A model generated the notes under the pieces. That model worked only from the letters and a program-made list of their open reading frames with translations. It was not told the origin of the DNA and did no database searches. From NCBI GenBank assembly GCA_039189765.1, contig JBCCYL010000017.1:29102-93101 (forward strand): a stretch of 64,000 nt of DNA. Reading direction: 5' to 3'. Below, piece after piece: positions 39,585 through 49,792 of this stretch. Source of the DNA: Cyanobacteria bacterium P01_F01_bin.150. Lineage in GTDB: Bacteria > Cyanobacteriota > Cyanobacteriia > CAKZMO01. Within the stretch, counting starts at the first letter, position 1. Every line of letters starts with the position of its first letter. The position numbers were made by a program, and so were the translations under genes.

Positions 39585-39704
39585 ATGCAGTCACCCCAGT
39601 CCCGTCCGAAGAAGTTGCTTGATCAGGTTCGAGATGTCATTCGCACCAAGCACTATTCATCTCGAACAGAACAAACCTACATGCAGGTTACTCATGGATA
39701 TTGA
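39585..39704 (+). pseudogene. intI: truncated integron integrase (N-terminal fragment)
   Basis: MQSPQSRPKKLLDQVRDVIRTKHYSSRTEQTY then stop after 39 codons. Confidence 0.85.
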
Positions 39705-39754
39705 TGGGCTGAATTACCCTACAGGCTGTGGCTCCTCCAAAAATGTAAGGGCGA

Positions 39755-39952
39755 TTACGCAGTATAGCTTTTGTGGCTAATCGCATCCTCATCAATTCCT
39801 GCGGCTAGCAAATCCTGAGTAATGCCCCGTTCCATCCCGTCATACTCAATCTGAACTTTGTCATCTTGCAGCGTTACGTAAATAATATTGCCTCGCACTC
39901 GTCAGCCCCGATCCCACCCAACTTGCATCAAAGCATAGTGACCATCATGGCC
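39755..39952 (-). pseudogene. XisI remnant
   Basis: HYALMQVGWDRG*RVRGNIIYV...IEYDGMERGITQDLLAAGI; 5' truncated, internal stop. Confidence 0.7.
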
Positions 39953-40228
39953 TTATGCAGCGATCGCTCTTACCTTCAACTCAAGAGCGACGAAGAGTTT
40001 GGCGATATCTCCACAGCTTGGTCCCCCAGCTTGAGTAAAGGCTTCACGAGACAAACCTGTTTCTTGAGCAATGGCCTCAAAGCACTTGGCACGAGCAATG
40101 GTACGGAAGGCTTCGGCAATAAACTCAGGATCTTCGGCGTCCTCTTCAAAACAGGCTTCTAGGTAATAGGCAATATCTTCCTTTGTCTCCAAGTAATGTG
40201 CAGAGTCATATGGTCGAGTGTTGTTCAT
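39953..40228 (-). CDS. addiction module antidote (HI1420-like)
   Basis: YDSAHYL..EDIAYYL, IARAK...IAQETGLSRE. Confidence 0.82.
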   Translation of the reverse strand: MNNTRPYDSAHYLETKEDIAYYLEACFEEDAEDPEFIAEAFRTIARAKCFEAIAQETGLSREAFTQAGGPSCGDIAKLFVALELKVRAIAA

Positions 40229-40231
40229 GCC

Positions 40232-40522
40232 CTAGTATTCCTTTGCTAAACGCTGAGCCACTTTGATGTCTTTTTCTTGACTGCTTTTGTCTCCTGCAAC
40301 CAATAGTATTATGACCTTTGTTCCAACTTGCGTGTAGTAAACCCGATAGCCGGGACCATAGTTGATTCGAAGTTCTGAAACTCCTTTACCTACAGGTTTC
40401 ACATCTCCGGGATTGCCCACTCTAAGGCGATCAATACGTGCAGTGATTCGAGCAACTGCACGACGATCCTTCAGTTTCTTAATGAAAGCAACAAAAGCTT
40501 CAGTTTCTCGGATCTCAAACAT
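40232..40522 (-). CDS. RelE-like addiction module killer (HI1419-like)
   Basis: GNPGDVKPVG.GVSELRINYGPGYRVYY, GDKSSQ. Confidence 0.88.
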   Translation of the reverse strand: MFEIRETEAFVAFIKKLKDRRAVARITARIDRLRVGNPGDVKPVGKGVSELRINYGPGYRVYYTQVGTKVIILLVAGDKSSQEKDIKVAQRLAKEY

Positions 40523-40644
40523 CACTCGTAAGCCTGCTTTTCTCCATTCTATCCTCAATCCTCAAACGCGCTGTCTCTGGATTGAAGCAAGTTGAAGAAA
40601 ATGATGCCTTCAGCAATCACCTTGTCCCTTCCTTTCCGAACAAC

Positions 40645-40675
40645 AAAAAAGCTGGGATTCATACGAATCCCAGCT
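40645..40675 (-). terminator. intrinsic terminator downstream of the phosphatase gene
   Basis: AGCTGGGATTC/GAATCCCAGCT stem followed by T-run on minus strand. Confidence 0.75.
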
Positions 40676-40698
40676 CGTTACAGTTTAAGCAATGAGAG

Positions 40699-40828
40699 GG
40701 CGTTGTTGCATAAATAAACTAGTCTCTGTAAGACTTTCAGCGATCGAAATCGGTCAAAAATGCCATTTTTGACCCTTTTGGCAATTCCAAACCCTTATGC
40801 AGCAAGGGATTAATTGTGCAACAAAGCC
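40699..40828. mobile_element. 130-bp MITE, IS5 family IS903-like ends
   Basis: TIR GGCGTTGTTGCATAAATAA / GGCTTTGTTGCACAATTAA; 9-bp duplication CAATGAGAG (40690-98, 40829-37). Confidence 0.85.
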
Positions 40829-40860
40829 CAATGAGAGTTCAATTGAACCTTTAGTTAGTT

Positions 40861-43800
40861 TCAGGCGATCGCGTCGGCTGCGACCATGTACTCAAGGTTG
40901 GCGATCGCCCCACTCTTCGCAAAGTTCACATCCATCGCAGCCACATTGGCAATCCCCAAGTTCAGCGTCTGGAAGCTGTTATCACCCAAGTTAGGCACCT
41001 CAACCGTTTCAATCACAGCACCATCGGCGGCGTAGAAGGTAAGGGTAACATTGGGCTCATCCACATCCAACATGCTGACGCTCTTCACATTGGTCAACTC
41101 ATCCCACTCGAAGCTGATAGTACCGCCAGTGGCATTATCATCAGGGTTATCCGAGTTACCATCCTCAGAGATAATCAACACTTTATCCAGGTCAGAGGCC
41201 CACAGATCCCAATCCCCTCCAGTGGGGTTATTGGTGTCAAACAACATGGCTCCGTACTGGGTATTAGTGGATACGGTAACGCCTGCAAACTGATCCGTAA
41301 TCACGGTTCCAGCATCAAAGCCCTCAAAGTCCAACACAGCCACTTCGTCAGTATCACCATCGCCGCCATTGGTCTCGCCATCGGTACCACCGTCGCCATC
41401 AATTACGGTGTCGTCACGGAAGGCGAGGTTTTGGATGCGAGTATCATCAGCGCGATCGGTATCTTCAACATCGAAGGGAGACTCAGCGCCAAAGTTGTCC
41501 TCTAGGTACTCCGCCAATGCATCCTGCTCGGTACCGTTTGCGGTAAACGTGGCGTCACCCGTCATTGGTGCGTCTTCTGCCGCCTCTAGCTCAACCACGT
41601 CACGATCGGGGAATGGGAATCCATCACCACCGCCAGCCAGGAAGTTGAGGGTGACCATGCGGAAGGTGCGGCTGGCATCGCCCACAATCTCACCATTTTC
41701 AACGATGACATCAATGTCATTGCCGTCAGCATCTTCGATGGCCAAGGACTGGACTCGCTCATTGGCAGGAAGTGTAGGATCGAAGCTGAAGGAGAATCCA
41801 GAGATCTGAGGGAAGCGACCCGGCGTGACCGTATCGTCATCGGTGCTGGTTTCGGCAACACCATGCTCAACGATCGCCACCAATTCTTCCGCCGTAACCG
41901 TCAGAAGCGTCAATCCGTTGTTAAAGCGGAGGGTGTTCTCAATATCGGTTTGAGAAATACCCCCTTCAGGCTTCACTCCAGGAATCTCCTCGTTGGGGGA
42001 CGCTACCGCCTCGGTGCCACCTGCGGGAACAATCAGCTGACCAATGTCATCCCGAATACCGCCGCCGTTCTTCAAAGAGATAACGACAGAATCATCGAAC
42101 TCTTTGGCGATCGCCAAGTTTGCATCCGCTGTCAGGTTACCCAAATTCGTCTCTTCGGTACGAACGCTGCCGCGCACACCATTTAGGTAAACGCTGCTAA
42201 CCCCAAAGACATTGCTCTCTGTGGCTTCAATTACATTGCGCAAGGCATCGACGACTTCGACGACGTCAGTATCGGCTAAGCCTTCTGCTCCGACCGCTGC
42301 AACCCCTGCATCGTCGGTGGCAAACGTACCACTGACTTCAGGGTCGTAGCTTTCAGGGATAATCACGCCGTCTGCATCAAAGTCGATGACCAAACGACCA
42401 ACGTACTTGTAGTTCCCGTCAGTATTGACCACTGCAACGGGGTTGCCGTCAGCAGCCGTTTCAATGATGGGGTAAGGACCTTGAGCATCATCACCATCCC
42501 GCAGTGCATCAGTCTCATCAGCGAGTAGGGTGTTGGAACCACCTGCAACGATGATATCAACGCCTTCCAAACGAGCGGCCAACTCGCGCTCAATGTTGAG
42601 CTGCTGCATGTGAGCTAATAGAACAACTTTGTTGATGTCGGAGTCGGAGGCTAGCAATGCATTCACATCTGTTTGAATTTCAGCAGCCAACGCATCCAAC
42701 TGATCAGCGGAAGGTGTGCCGTCGAAGGGAATGGGGAAAATGGTTACATCGCCTGGGTTGGAGATGCGAATGTTTTCATTGCTAATAGTGGGTGTTGTCG
42801 CACCAACGACCCCAAGCTTCTCTCCGTTGACATCAATCACAGTCGTCGCCGCTAGGCTGTTGCCTTGAGGGGCCTGGTGATCGTCAACAACCAATCCGGC
42901 TAGATTTTCGTCAGTGGAGAAATCCAGGTTAGAGCTGAGATAAGGGAACGCCGTTCCTTCAAAGGCCTCATCCAAATCTTCCGTTTCCGGATCATCTTCC
43001 CCGCCACCAATCAAGTCTGCCAACGTGCCAGTTCCGGCATCAAATTCGTGGTTACCGAGGGCGATCGCATCAAAGCCCAAGGCATTCTGAATCAAGATAT
43101 CGCCCCGACCATCACCACCAAAGGCATCACCACTGGCACCGAAGAATACACCAGGAATAATCGCATCGCCAGAGGAAAGCGTGACCGTATTATCAAAGTC
43201 ATCGCGTAAAGCGTTCAAGACGGCAGAGAAGTTGGGGGCATCATCTAGGGCTGAAATTCCGCCTTCTTGGTCGCCTGCATGAAGCAGTTGAAGCGTGAAG
43301 GTTTCCTCGGAACCACCGTCTGTACCGCCATCAGTGCCACCATCCGTACCGTCGCTTTCGCCCACTTGATAGACCGCTATGGTGTTGCTGACTTCGTTGG
43401 CACTGATTAGCAGATTTTCTCCGTTAGGACTATCGGCTTCAGAAATAAAAACCAGTCCTTCAGGCGCAATGTCGCCTTCTGCATTGGGCTGATACTCGAT
43501 AAATTCGGGAGCAGTCGGGTTGCTGACGTCGTAAACCATAACGCCACCAATCCGCTCTAAACCGATGAATGCGAGAGTTTTGCCGTCTACCACACCGACG
43601 GTGACCGCTTCAGGCTCAGCCCCTTTGTCATCACTACGGCTATCAAAGCTGTCTGCATCGCCTTGACCGTTGAATAACTCAGGAACTTGAGCCGCCGTAA
43701 TCTGAGCAAAATCATCGCCACTGTCGAAAACCTGTTCTCCAGCACTATTCCAAATGGAGAAGGAGCGACCGCCATAGCCCCAAAGCTGGTCATAATCGCC

Positions 43801-44874
43801 ATCCCCATTGGTGTCACCCAAGGTGGTAGTGATTTTCAATCGACCCAAGTTGGCATCCTCCTGAAGCTCTTCTGCATTAGGGAACGCCTCGGGGTCTAAA
43901 CCACCGAGTCCTTCTTCAGGATCACCCAAATCTTTCACCCGCGCTTCTTCACTAAAGCCATCGTAGTCACGGGCATCCCCTTCGTTGGCGGTGATGTAGT
44001 AGGTCTCGCCATTCACCTCATAGGAGGCGATCGCGTCAGGCTGGTACAAGCCAAACACAGGCCAGTTGGTGATGTTGATGGCTCCCTCACCATCGGGACC
44101 ATCTTCGTTACTGGCATCCAACATGTTCTCAGGTAGGCTGAAATCCTTAGCTCCCAGGGAGACAATATCAGTAACGGTGGCTGTCGCGATATCGACAAGG
44201 GCGATCGCATTGTTTTCCTGAAGAACAACAACGGCGGTACTGCCATCACCGGAAATCGCAATGTACTCAGGCTCTAAGTCCTGGGCCACACTGGCGTTGG
44301 GGCCAAAAATGCGAACACCCTCAGCAATCAGTGCATCTTTCTGGTCGTTAAATCCTTCAAATCCAGCCTTGGCCACAGTCGCGTTGCCCACACCGCCGGA
44401 CACATCAATGATGCTGACGGAGCCAACCGGATCGTCTGTGTACTCATCGTTGGGTTCCCCTTCGTTCGCCACAATGACCTTGGAGCCATCGGGGGTAAAG
44501 GTCAGCATATCGGGCAAGGACCCCACGGGCACAATTTGAATACCAGCGGGAACGCCAGCATTCAAACCCGCCAAGAATTCGTCAATGTCAATCAGTCCAA
44601 CGATATCGTCATCGGTGCCGTTGTCGAGTTCGATGGCGATCGCCACAATGCCATTGCTGACGGCAATACTATTGGCTCCATCCGCATCAGGCACAAAGTC
44701 CGTGAGGGTGTAAATCGTTCCCAATACCGGGTTGGTTGGGTCACTTAGATCAAAAACCTGGACTTCATTTCCGCCGGACACAACATAGAGTTCTTGACGG
44801 AGGGCATCATAAGCGGCGATTTCGGCACCAAACTCGCTCGTAAATCCACCAATTTTATTTAGCAATGCAGACAT
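40861..44874 (-). CDS. multidomain alkaline phosphatase-like (choice-of-anchor I) / 5'-nucleotidase
   Basis: VANEGEP, LEPEYI, TANEGD, RSDDKGAEPE; then SSGD, LGNHEFD, ETNLGNLTAD, GRFPQ, GGDGF. Confidence 0.9.
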   Translation of the reverse strand: MSALLNKIGGFTSEFGAEIAAYDALRQELYVVSGGNEVQVFDLSDPTNPVLGTIYTLTDFVPDADGANSIAVSNGIVAIAIELDNGTDDDIVGLIDIDEFLAGLNAGVPAGIQIVPVGSLPDMLTFTPDGSKVIVANEGEPNDEYTDDPVGSVSIIDVSGGVGNATVAKAGFEGFNDQKDALIAEGVRIFGPNASVAQDLEPEYIAISGDGSTAVVVLQENNAIALVDIATATVTDIVSLGAKDFSLPENMLDASNEDGPDGEGAINITNWPVFGLYQPDAIASYEVNGETYYITANEGDARDYDGFSEEARVKDLGDPEEGLGGLDPEAFPNAEELQEDANLGRLKITTTLGDTNGDGDYDQLWGYGGRSFSIWNSAGEQVFDSGDDFAQITAAQVPELFNGQGDADSFDSRSDDKGAEPEAVTVGVVDGKTLAFIGLERIGGVMVYDVSNPTAPEFIEYQPNAEGDIAPEGLVFISEADSPNGENLLISANEVSNTIAVYQVGESDGTDGGTDGGTDGGSEETFTLQLLHAGDQEGGISALDDAPNFSAVLNALRDDFDNTVTLSSGDAIIPGVFFGASGDAFGGDGRGDILIQNALGFDAIALGNHEFDAGTGTLADLIGGGEDDPETEDLDEAFEGTAFPYLSSNLDFSTDENLAGLVVDDHQAPQGNSLAATTVIDVNGEKLGVVGATTPTISNENIRISNPGDVTIFPIPFDGTPSADQLDALAAEIQTDVNALLASDSDINKVVLLAHMQQLNIERELAARLEGVDIIVAGGSNTLLADETDALRDGDDAQGPYPIIETAADGNPVAVVNTDGNYKYVGRLVIDFDADGVIIPESYDPEVSGTFATDDAGVAAVGAEGLADTDVVEVVDALRNVIEATESNVFGVSSVYLNGVRGSVRTEETNLGNLTADANLAIAKEFDDSVVISLKNGGGIRDDIGQLIVPAGGTEAVASPNEEIPGVKPEGGISQTDIENTLRFNNGLTLLTVTAEELVAIVEHGVAETSTDDDTVTPGRFPQISGFSFSFDPTLPANERVQSLAIEDADGNDIDVIVENGEIVGDASRTFRMVTLNFLAGGGDGFPFPDRDVVELEAAEDAPMTGDATFTANGTEQDALAEYLEDNFGAESPFDVEDTDRADDTRIQNLAFRDDTVIDGDGGTDGETNGGDGDTDEVAVLDFEGFDAGTVITDQFAGVTVSTNTQYGAMLFDTNNPTGGDWDLWASDLDKVLIISEDGNSDNPDDNATGGTISFEWDELTNVKSVSMLDVDEPNVTLTFYAADGAVIETVEVPNLGDNSFQTLNLGIANVAAMDVNFAKSGAIANLEYMVAADAIA

Positions 44875-45276
44875 AAGGTAGAGTCCTCTCAAAATTCTTG
44901 ATTGTGGTCACTTGATTGCGGTTAAATCAGTTGACAGGCATGCAGTTAGCCTTGAACTTAGTGCCTTGAAGAACCGCTGAGCGCCTCACAGCTTCCAGGA
45001 AATGAAAGCGGCTTTGATGGGGACATCAAAGATTTAGACACTACAAAACGGTCGCTCACCTATCAGGCATTGGGCACAGACCAATATGAGCAACAGGATG
45101 AAACAGGCTAAGAGTGAGTCAACTTAGATATCGCTATAAATTGACTAATAAAAATGATCCGCAACTCCATCACGGATTCCAGTCTTCAGGATGCTCCTGA
45201 CGATGGAGTAAATGCATTAAATTCATGAACCTCGTCTCTACACAGTAGGAATACTGACACACAAACCGTATCCTAT

Positions 45277-45306
45277 GGGTAAAGAGCAAATTAAGCGTGG
45301 GTTAAA
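45277..45306 (-). promoter_or_regulatory. Pho box upstream of phosphatase gene
   Basis: Minus strand TTTAACCC-ACG-CTTAATTT-GCT-CTTTACCC. Confidence 0.75.
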
Positions 45307-45432
45307 GGTTGCGCCAGCATTGCTTAAGATTTCCAGGAATTGAGAGCAGTATCTCTTGTGGCTGATTGGCTTAATTTCCTAAGTCAGGCAAAGCCTTTCT
45401 TGAATGCCCTTGGGGCTATACGCATTTTGCTA

Positions 45433-45519
45433 AGCTAAAAGTCATCGACTTTGCGTGTTTTTGGGACTATCCCCCGCCGGAGGCGGGGGATAGTCCTGCA
45501 ATTTAAATGTCTAACAGCT
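45433..45519. mobile_element. 87-bp MITE with TA duplication and central hairpin
   Basis: TA-AGCT...AGCT-TA; 15-bp stem 45464-45496; empty-site-like sequence GTTTTGCTATTGG at about 51147. Confidence 0.65.
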
Positions 45520-45723
45520 TATTGGTGTTGAGAAGAGGCGTTGATTTATCTGGACGAAGCCCGTATCGCTCAGATGAAACTCGGTAGCTTTTGATTAACC
45601 CGTATCGGGGTTCATTAGTGAATGAAGTAACGGTAGCAGATGCAATGGCTTCTAGTCTTGAATTACAAAATTGAAAACATTGTCATTCTTGATCTTGATA
45701 TTAAAAGATGACTTGACACACAC

Positions 45724-46131
45724 ATGTATTTCGATAATCATCAAAATATGGACATAAGTGATTCTTCCCAACGTTCTATTGATGACATTGCGGCTGCATT
45801 TGCTGCATTAGGTCAGCCTTCGCGCCTACGCATTGTTCGGCTGCTTCTGTCAGCGTATCCCAAGGGGTTACCCGCAGGAGAAATTCAGCAAGAATTAGAA
45901 GTATCGGCTCCGACCCTCTCTCACCACCTTGACAAGTTGCGACAGGTGGGAATTGTCAAGGCGGAAAAAGACCGACAGTGGATTTGGTATAGCGTCCAGT
46001 CAGATGCGCTGAAGTATTTGATGGATTTTCTATTTGAAGAATGCTGTACCCTTAATCAGGTCGTAGAGGTCGGCGATTTTGAATTTATGGAGACGTCCAT
46101 AGATATCTCGGGAACGGAGTGTTGTGATTAG
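45724..46131 (+). CDS. ArsR family regulator
   Basis: FAALGQPSRL, TLSHHL, EECC; start may be 45748. Confidence 0.88.
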   Translation: MYFDNHQNMDISDSSQRSIDDIAAAFAALGQPSRLRIVRLLLSAYPKGLPAGEIQQELEVSAPTLSHHLDKLRQVGIVKAEKDRQWIWYSVQSDALKYLMDFLFEECCTLNQVVEVGDFEFMETSIDISGTECCD

Positions 46132-46190
46132 CCCCTAAAATTTTTGGCCTTTATTTCGGTATTTGTCTAAATACAAAAACTAAATATCAT

Positions 46191-47231
46191 ATGACAACTA
46201 ACGTACTGACCCGCTTTAACCGTAGCTTGCGACAATTCGATGGTGTTGCACTAGCGTTCATTCTTATTCTCTTGGTGTTAGGAATTCTGATCCCATCACA
46301 GGTTTTGCCGAGTCTTGCCTTCACACTCAATAGTCTCTGGACGGTACTACCTTTTCTGCTGTTATCCATTGGTATTGCGGCCTATGCTTCAGCCAGTGGT
46401 GCAGACAACTTGATTGCGAAAGCGTTTCAAGGACGCGTTGCAATTATGATTCCTGTCGCAGCACTGTTTGGTGCAGTGTCCCCGTTCTGCTCCTGTGGCG
46501 TGATTCCGCTTATTGCCGCGTTGCTGACCATGGGGGTTCCGGTGGCAGCTGTGATGGCTTTCTGGCTATCGTCTCCTCTGATGGACCCATCCATGTTTGT
46601 ATTGACCGTTGGTACGTTAGGTGTTGGCTTTGCGATCGCCAAAACAATTGCTACCATTTTCATCGGCCTGTTAGGAGGATTTGGAACGCTTGCTCTAACT
46701 CACGTTAATGGGGTCTCTACGGCATTTAAGGCTCCTCTGCGAGAGGGGGTTGGTAATGGTGGGTGTGGTGGTAGTCGCGTTCGCAATCCCAAGCCCGTTG
46801 TTTGGCGATTTTGGCCACAGTCGGAGCGACGCCAAAAGTTCTGGAAAAGTTCATATAAGAATACTTGGTTCCTGGGTAAGTGGATGGTGCTGGCTTTTTT
46901 ACTTGAAAGCTTGATGCTGGTCTATGTACCGGACGGATGGATTCAATCGATCGCAGGCAATAGTAGTTTATTTTCGATCTTAGGGGCTGCTCTAGTCGGA
47001 ATTCCGGCATACCTTAATGGCTATGCCGCCCTGCCTCTGGTGGGTGGCTTGATTCAACAAGGGATGGCTCCCGGTGCGGGCATGACCTTTTTACTTGCTG
47101 GTGGAGCCACCAGTATTCCAGCGATGATTGCTGTTTTTGCTTTGGCTCGTCGTCCTGTTTTTCTGGCTTATCTCGGATTTGCCTTTCTTGGCTCCGTTAT
47201 CGCAGGAGGTATCTATACCGTTTGGAGTTAG
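46191..47231 (+). CDS. permease, ArsP/DUF318-like
   Basis: SPFCSCGVIP, FWLSSPLMDP, GIPAY, FLLAG. Confidence 0.85.
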   Translation: MTTNVLTRFNRSLRQFDGVALAFILILLVLGILIPSQVLPSLAFTLNSLWTVLPFLLLSIGIAAYASASGADNLIAKAFQGRVAIMIPVAALFGAVSPFCSCGVIPLIAALLTMGVPVAAVMAFWLSSPLMDPSMFVLTVGTLGVGFAIAKTIATIFIGLLGGFGTLALTHVNGVSTAFKAPLREGVGNGGCGGSRVRNPKPVVWRFWPQSERRQKFWKSSYKNTWFLGKWMVLAFLLESLMLVYVPDGWIQSIAGNSSLFSILGAALVGIPAYLNGYAALPLVGGLIQQGMAPGAGMTFLLAGGATSIPAMIAVFALARRPVFLAYLGFAFLGSVIAGGIYTVWS

Positions 47232-47450
47232 AGAGCGTTTATTCCCTACTTCTCCTTTTTAGACCTTTAAGTTGTAGAACGAGTTAAATGTGGGTTAAGG
47301 GTTAAGTCGGCATTGCTTAAGATTTTCAGGAGCAGATCGAGAGCTGGATTATAACGAAGTTACCCGTGCCCTGATCACCCTACGAGATATTGGCAGCGGT
47401 CGCGTCTCTTTAGCGATTGAATAACAGCCAAATGCACGGAAATTCAATTA

Positions 47451-47480
47451 TTTAAACAAAGCATAATCTGAAAATAACCC
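47451..47480 (+). promoter_or_regulatory. Pho-box-like repeats upstream of pstS
   Basis: TTTAAACA/CATAATCT/AATAACCC at 47451, 47462, 47473. Confidence 0.55.
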
Positions 47481-47573
47481 AACCTTTTCTTTTGATAACC
47501 AAGGATTAATTCTAGGCATGTATTCTACATCTGTTCGTGCTTTGTGTAGTGTGACTCTTTTGGAGAGTATAAA

Positions 47574-48605
47574 ATGGCGGAGAACGGAACTCTTTCCCTA
47601 CTCAATCGATTTGCAGTTGTTGCTGGCACAGCCGCTGCTTCCTTAGGATTTATTGCTCCTGCTGCACTTGCAGAAGTTGTAGTTGACGGTTCTAGTACCG
47701 TCTTCCCTATCACTGAGGCAATGGCTGAGGAATATGGTGCTGAAACAGGCACTAACGTAGTTGTTGGTGTATCCGGTACTGGTGGTGGATTTAAGAAGTT
47801 CTGTGTAGAAGATGGAACTGACATTTCCAACGCATCTCGCCCGATCAAGCCTTCCGAAATGGCCGCATGTGCTGAGGCGGGTGTCGAGTACATCGAAATT
47901 CCCGTTGCATATGACGCACTGACTGTTGTTACTAACCCTAGTAACACTTGGGCCACGGAAATGACCGTTGACCAGTTGAATCGTCTTTGGGATTCTTCTG
48001 CCGAAAATGAAGCAACCACTTGGGCTGATCTTGATCCATCCTGGCCTGCTGATGAAATCGAGCTATATGGTCCTGGTGCTGACTCCGGTACCTTCGACTA
48101 CTTTGTAGAAGAAGTGATGGGTGATGGCGATAGCCGTGCAGACTACACTGCCAGTGAGGACGACAATGTTCTGGTAATCGGTGTGAGTGGCGATGTTAAC
48201 GCGTTGGGTTACTTCGGTCTCGCATACTATGTTGAGAACGCTGACCTTTTGAACGCTGTTGCTATTGATAATGGTGACGGTCCGGTTCTTCCCAGCGATA
48301 CTACCGTCAACAACGGAACCTACAGCCCTTTCTCTCGTCCTATTTTCATCTATGTCAACAAGGCGTCCTTGGCTGATCCCGACGTAGCGGGCTTCGTTGA
48401 CTACTACATTTCCAATGCACCCACCATTGTTCCTGACGTAGACTACGTTGCTCTACCGACTGAGATTTACTCTCTCTCAGCTAGCCTTATTGATGCTCAA
48501 ACAGCAGGAACTGTTTTCCGTCGTAATGATGGTGTAGAGCTTGCGGGTCAGGACTTGATTGAGATCTTGAACCTGTCTCGTACTCTAGACGCTCCTGCTG
48601 AGTAG
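47574..48605 (+). CDS. pstS: phosphate-binding protein PstS
   Basis: DGSSTVFP, SGTGGGFKKFC, NASRPIK, DSGTFDYF, SRPIFIY. Confidence 0.93.
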   Translation: MAENGTLSLLNRFAVVAGTAAASLGFIAPAALAEVVVDGSSTVFPITEAMAEEYGAETGTNVVVGVSGTGGGFKKFCVEDGTDISNASRPIKPSEMAACAEAGVEYIEIPVAYDALTVVTNPSNTWATEMTVDQLNRLWDSSAENEATTWADLDPSWPADEIELYGPGADSGTFDYFVEEVMGDGDSRADYTASEDDNVLVIGVSGDVNALGYFGLAYYVENADLLNAVAIDNGDGPVLPSDTTVNNGTYSPFSRPIFIYVNKASLADPDVAGFVDYYISNAPTIVPDVDYVALPTEIYSLSASLIDAQTAGTVFRRNDGVELAGQDLIEILNLSRTLDAPAE

Positions 48606-48663
48606 GCTGCTTTAGGAGATTAGATCGCTTATCCACTAAGGCATTTCAATATAAGCGCTGTGA

Positions 48664-48690
48664 TCCCCGGTTTCTGTTGGAAGCCGGGGA
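48664..48690. terminator. hairpin after pstS
   Basis: TCCCCGGTTTC/GAAGCCGGGGA stem, no clear U-tract. Confidence 0.45.
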
Positions 48691-48787
48691 CATAATTCTA
48701 AGGATGCCCCAGCCATATCCCAATACTTTGGTTCAGGGCGATGTGGCTTTAACACAGATACGCAGAAAAGATGTAGGGAATAAGGTA

Positions 48788-49792
48788 GTGGTGAAAGCTA
48801 AGACTCCAGAAGCAACACAGCAAATAGAGCGCTCATCACAGCGGTCAAGGATCTCGTCTTCGAGCCTTAATCAGAAGAAACGTCCACTGTTAGAACGATT
48901 ACTGTTCCATCCCATGCTGTACATAGCATTGCTGGCTCATGGAGCATTACTAGCAATTCCAGGAGGACCTGAAGAGGACGTTCCTCCTGAAATCGAAGAA
49001 ATTGAAGAAATCACCATTAACATGCTCCCTGCAATCGTGGAGCCCGATCCAGAAATTCCTGTCGAAGAGCTGTCACCAGAACGTCCCCCTGCGCCAATAG
49101 AAGAGTCTGTCCCTCCGCCTCCTGAAACGATTCCTCAGCAGGAGCAGTTAGCTGTTGAGACTCCTCTTTTGGAGGAAACGATGCCTCCAAAAGAGGAGTC
49201 TGAAGAGGAAGATACTCCTGAAAAGGAGGAGGTTGAAGCGAAAGAGGCTGAAGAGGAAGATACTCCTGAAGATGAAGAGATTATTGAAGAAGAGAGCAGT
49301 GGTGATAAGGCTCCAGTTGATACCAGCGCCGATCTCAGCCAGGTGGCAAATCTAATCAACGGCATTGTGGTTCAAATCAACAATACACGAGAGGCTACGC
49401 TGCAAATTGAACCCACAGACGCCCCTACTCGAACGAATTTTTATCGAAATCCTGAAAATTACTTTGTTGATGCTGAAAGTAAGTCAGGAGAATTTAAGCC
49501 AGGTATTCTGCAAAATACAGAAAATGCCAGACTTTTGGTGAATTTAGATGATACAAATGCCGATGAACTATCTCTTCAGGTACAGAACTTTTTGAGCGTA
49601 GTGTTTGATGTAACTGATGTTTCTGAAAAGTTGCCGAACTATAACGCCAATCTTACTTCTAAAAATGATGTGCTGCTGGCGCTTAGCGCCAAAGGAGAAA
49701 CGACGGTCCGCTTATATCTATCTCTCGCAAAAATGAAAGGAAACTCAGCAACAGTAATTCCGTGGACATCGGATAGCTTTCCCGATACGTAG
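48788..49792 (+). CDS. membrane-anchored Pro/Glu-rich hypothetical protein
   Basis: Single hydrophobic helix ALLAHGALLAIP followed by long acidic linker; start uncertain. Confidence 0.65.
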   Translation: MVKAKTPEATQQIERSSQRSRISSSSLNQKKRPLLERLLFHPMLYIALLAHGALLAIPGGPEEDVPPEIEEIEEITINMLPAIVEPDPEIPVEELSPERPPAPIEESVPPPPETIPQQEQLAVETPLLEETMPPKEESEEEDTPEKEEVEAKEAEEEDTPEDEEIIEEESSGDKAPVDTSADLSQVANLINGIVVQINNTREATLQIEPTDAPTRTNFYRNPENYFVDAESKSGEFKPGILQNTENARLLVNLDDTNADELSLQVQNFLSVVFDVTDVSEKLPNYNANLTSKNDVLLALSAKGETTVRLYLSLAKMKGNSATVIPWTSDSFPDT

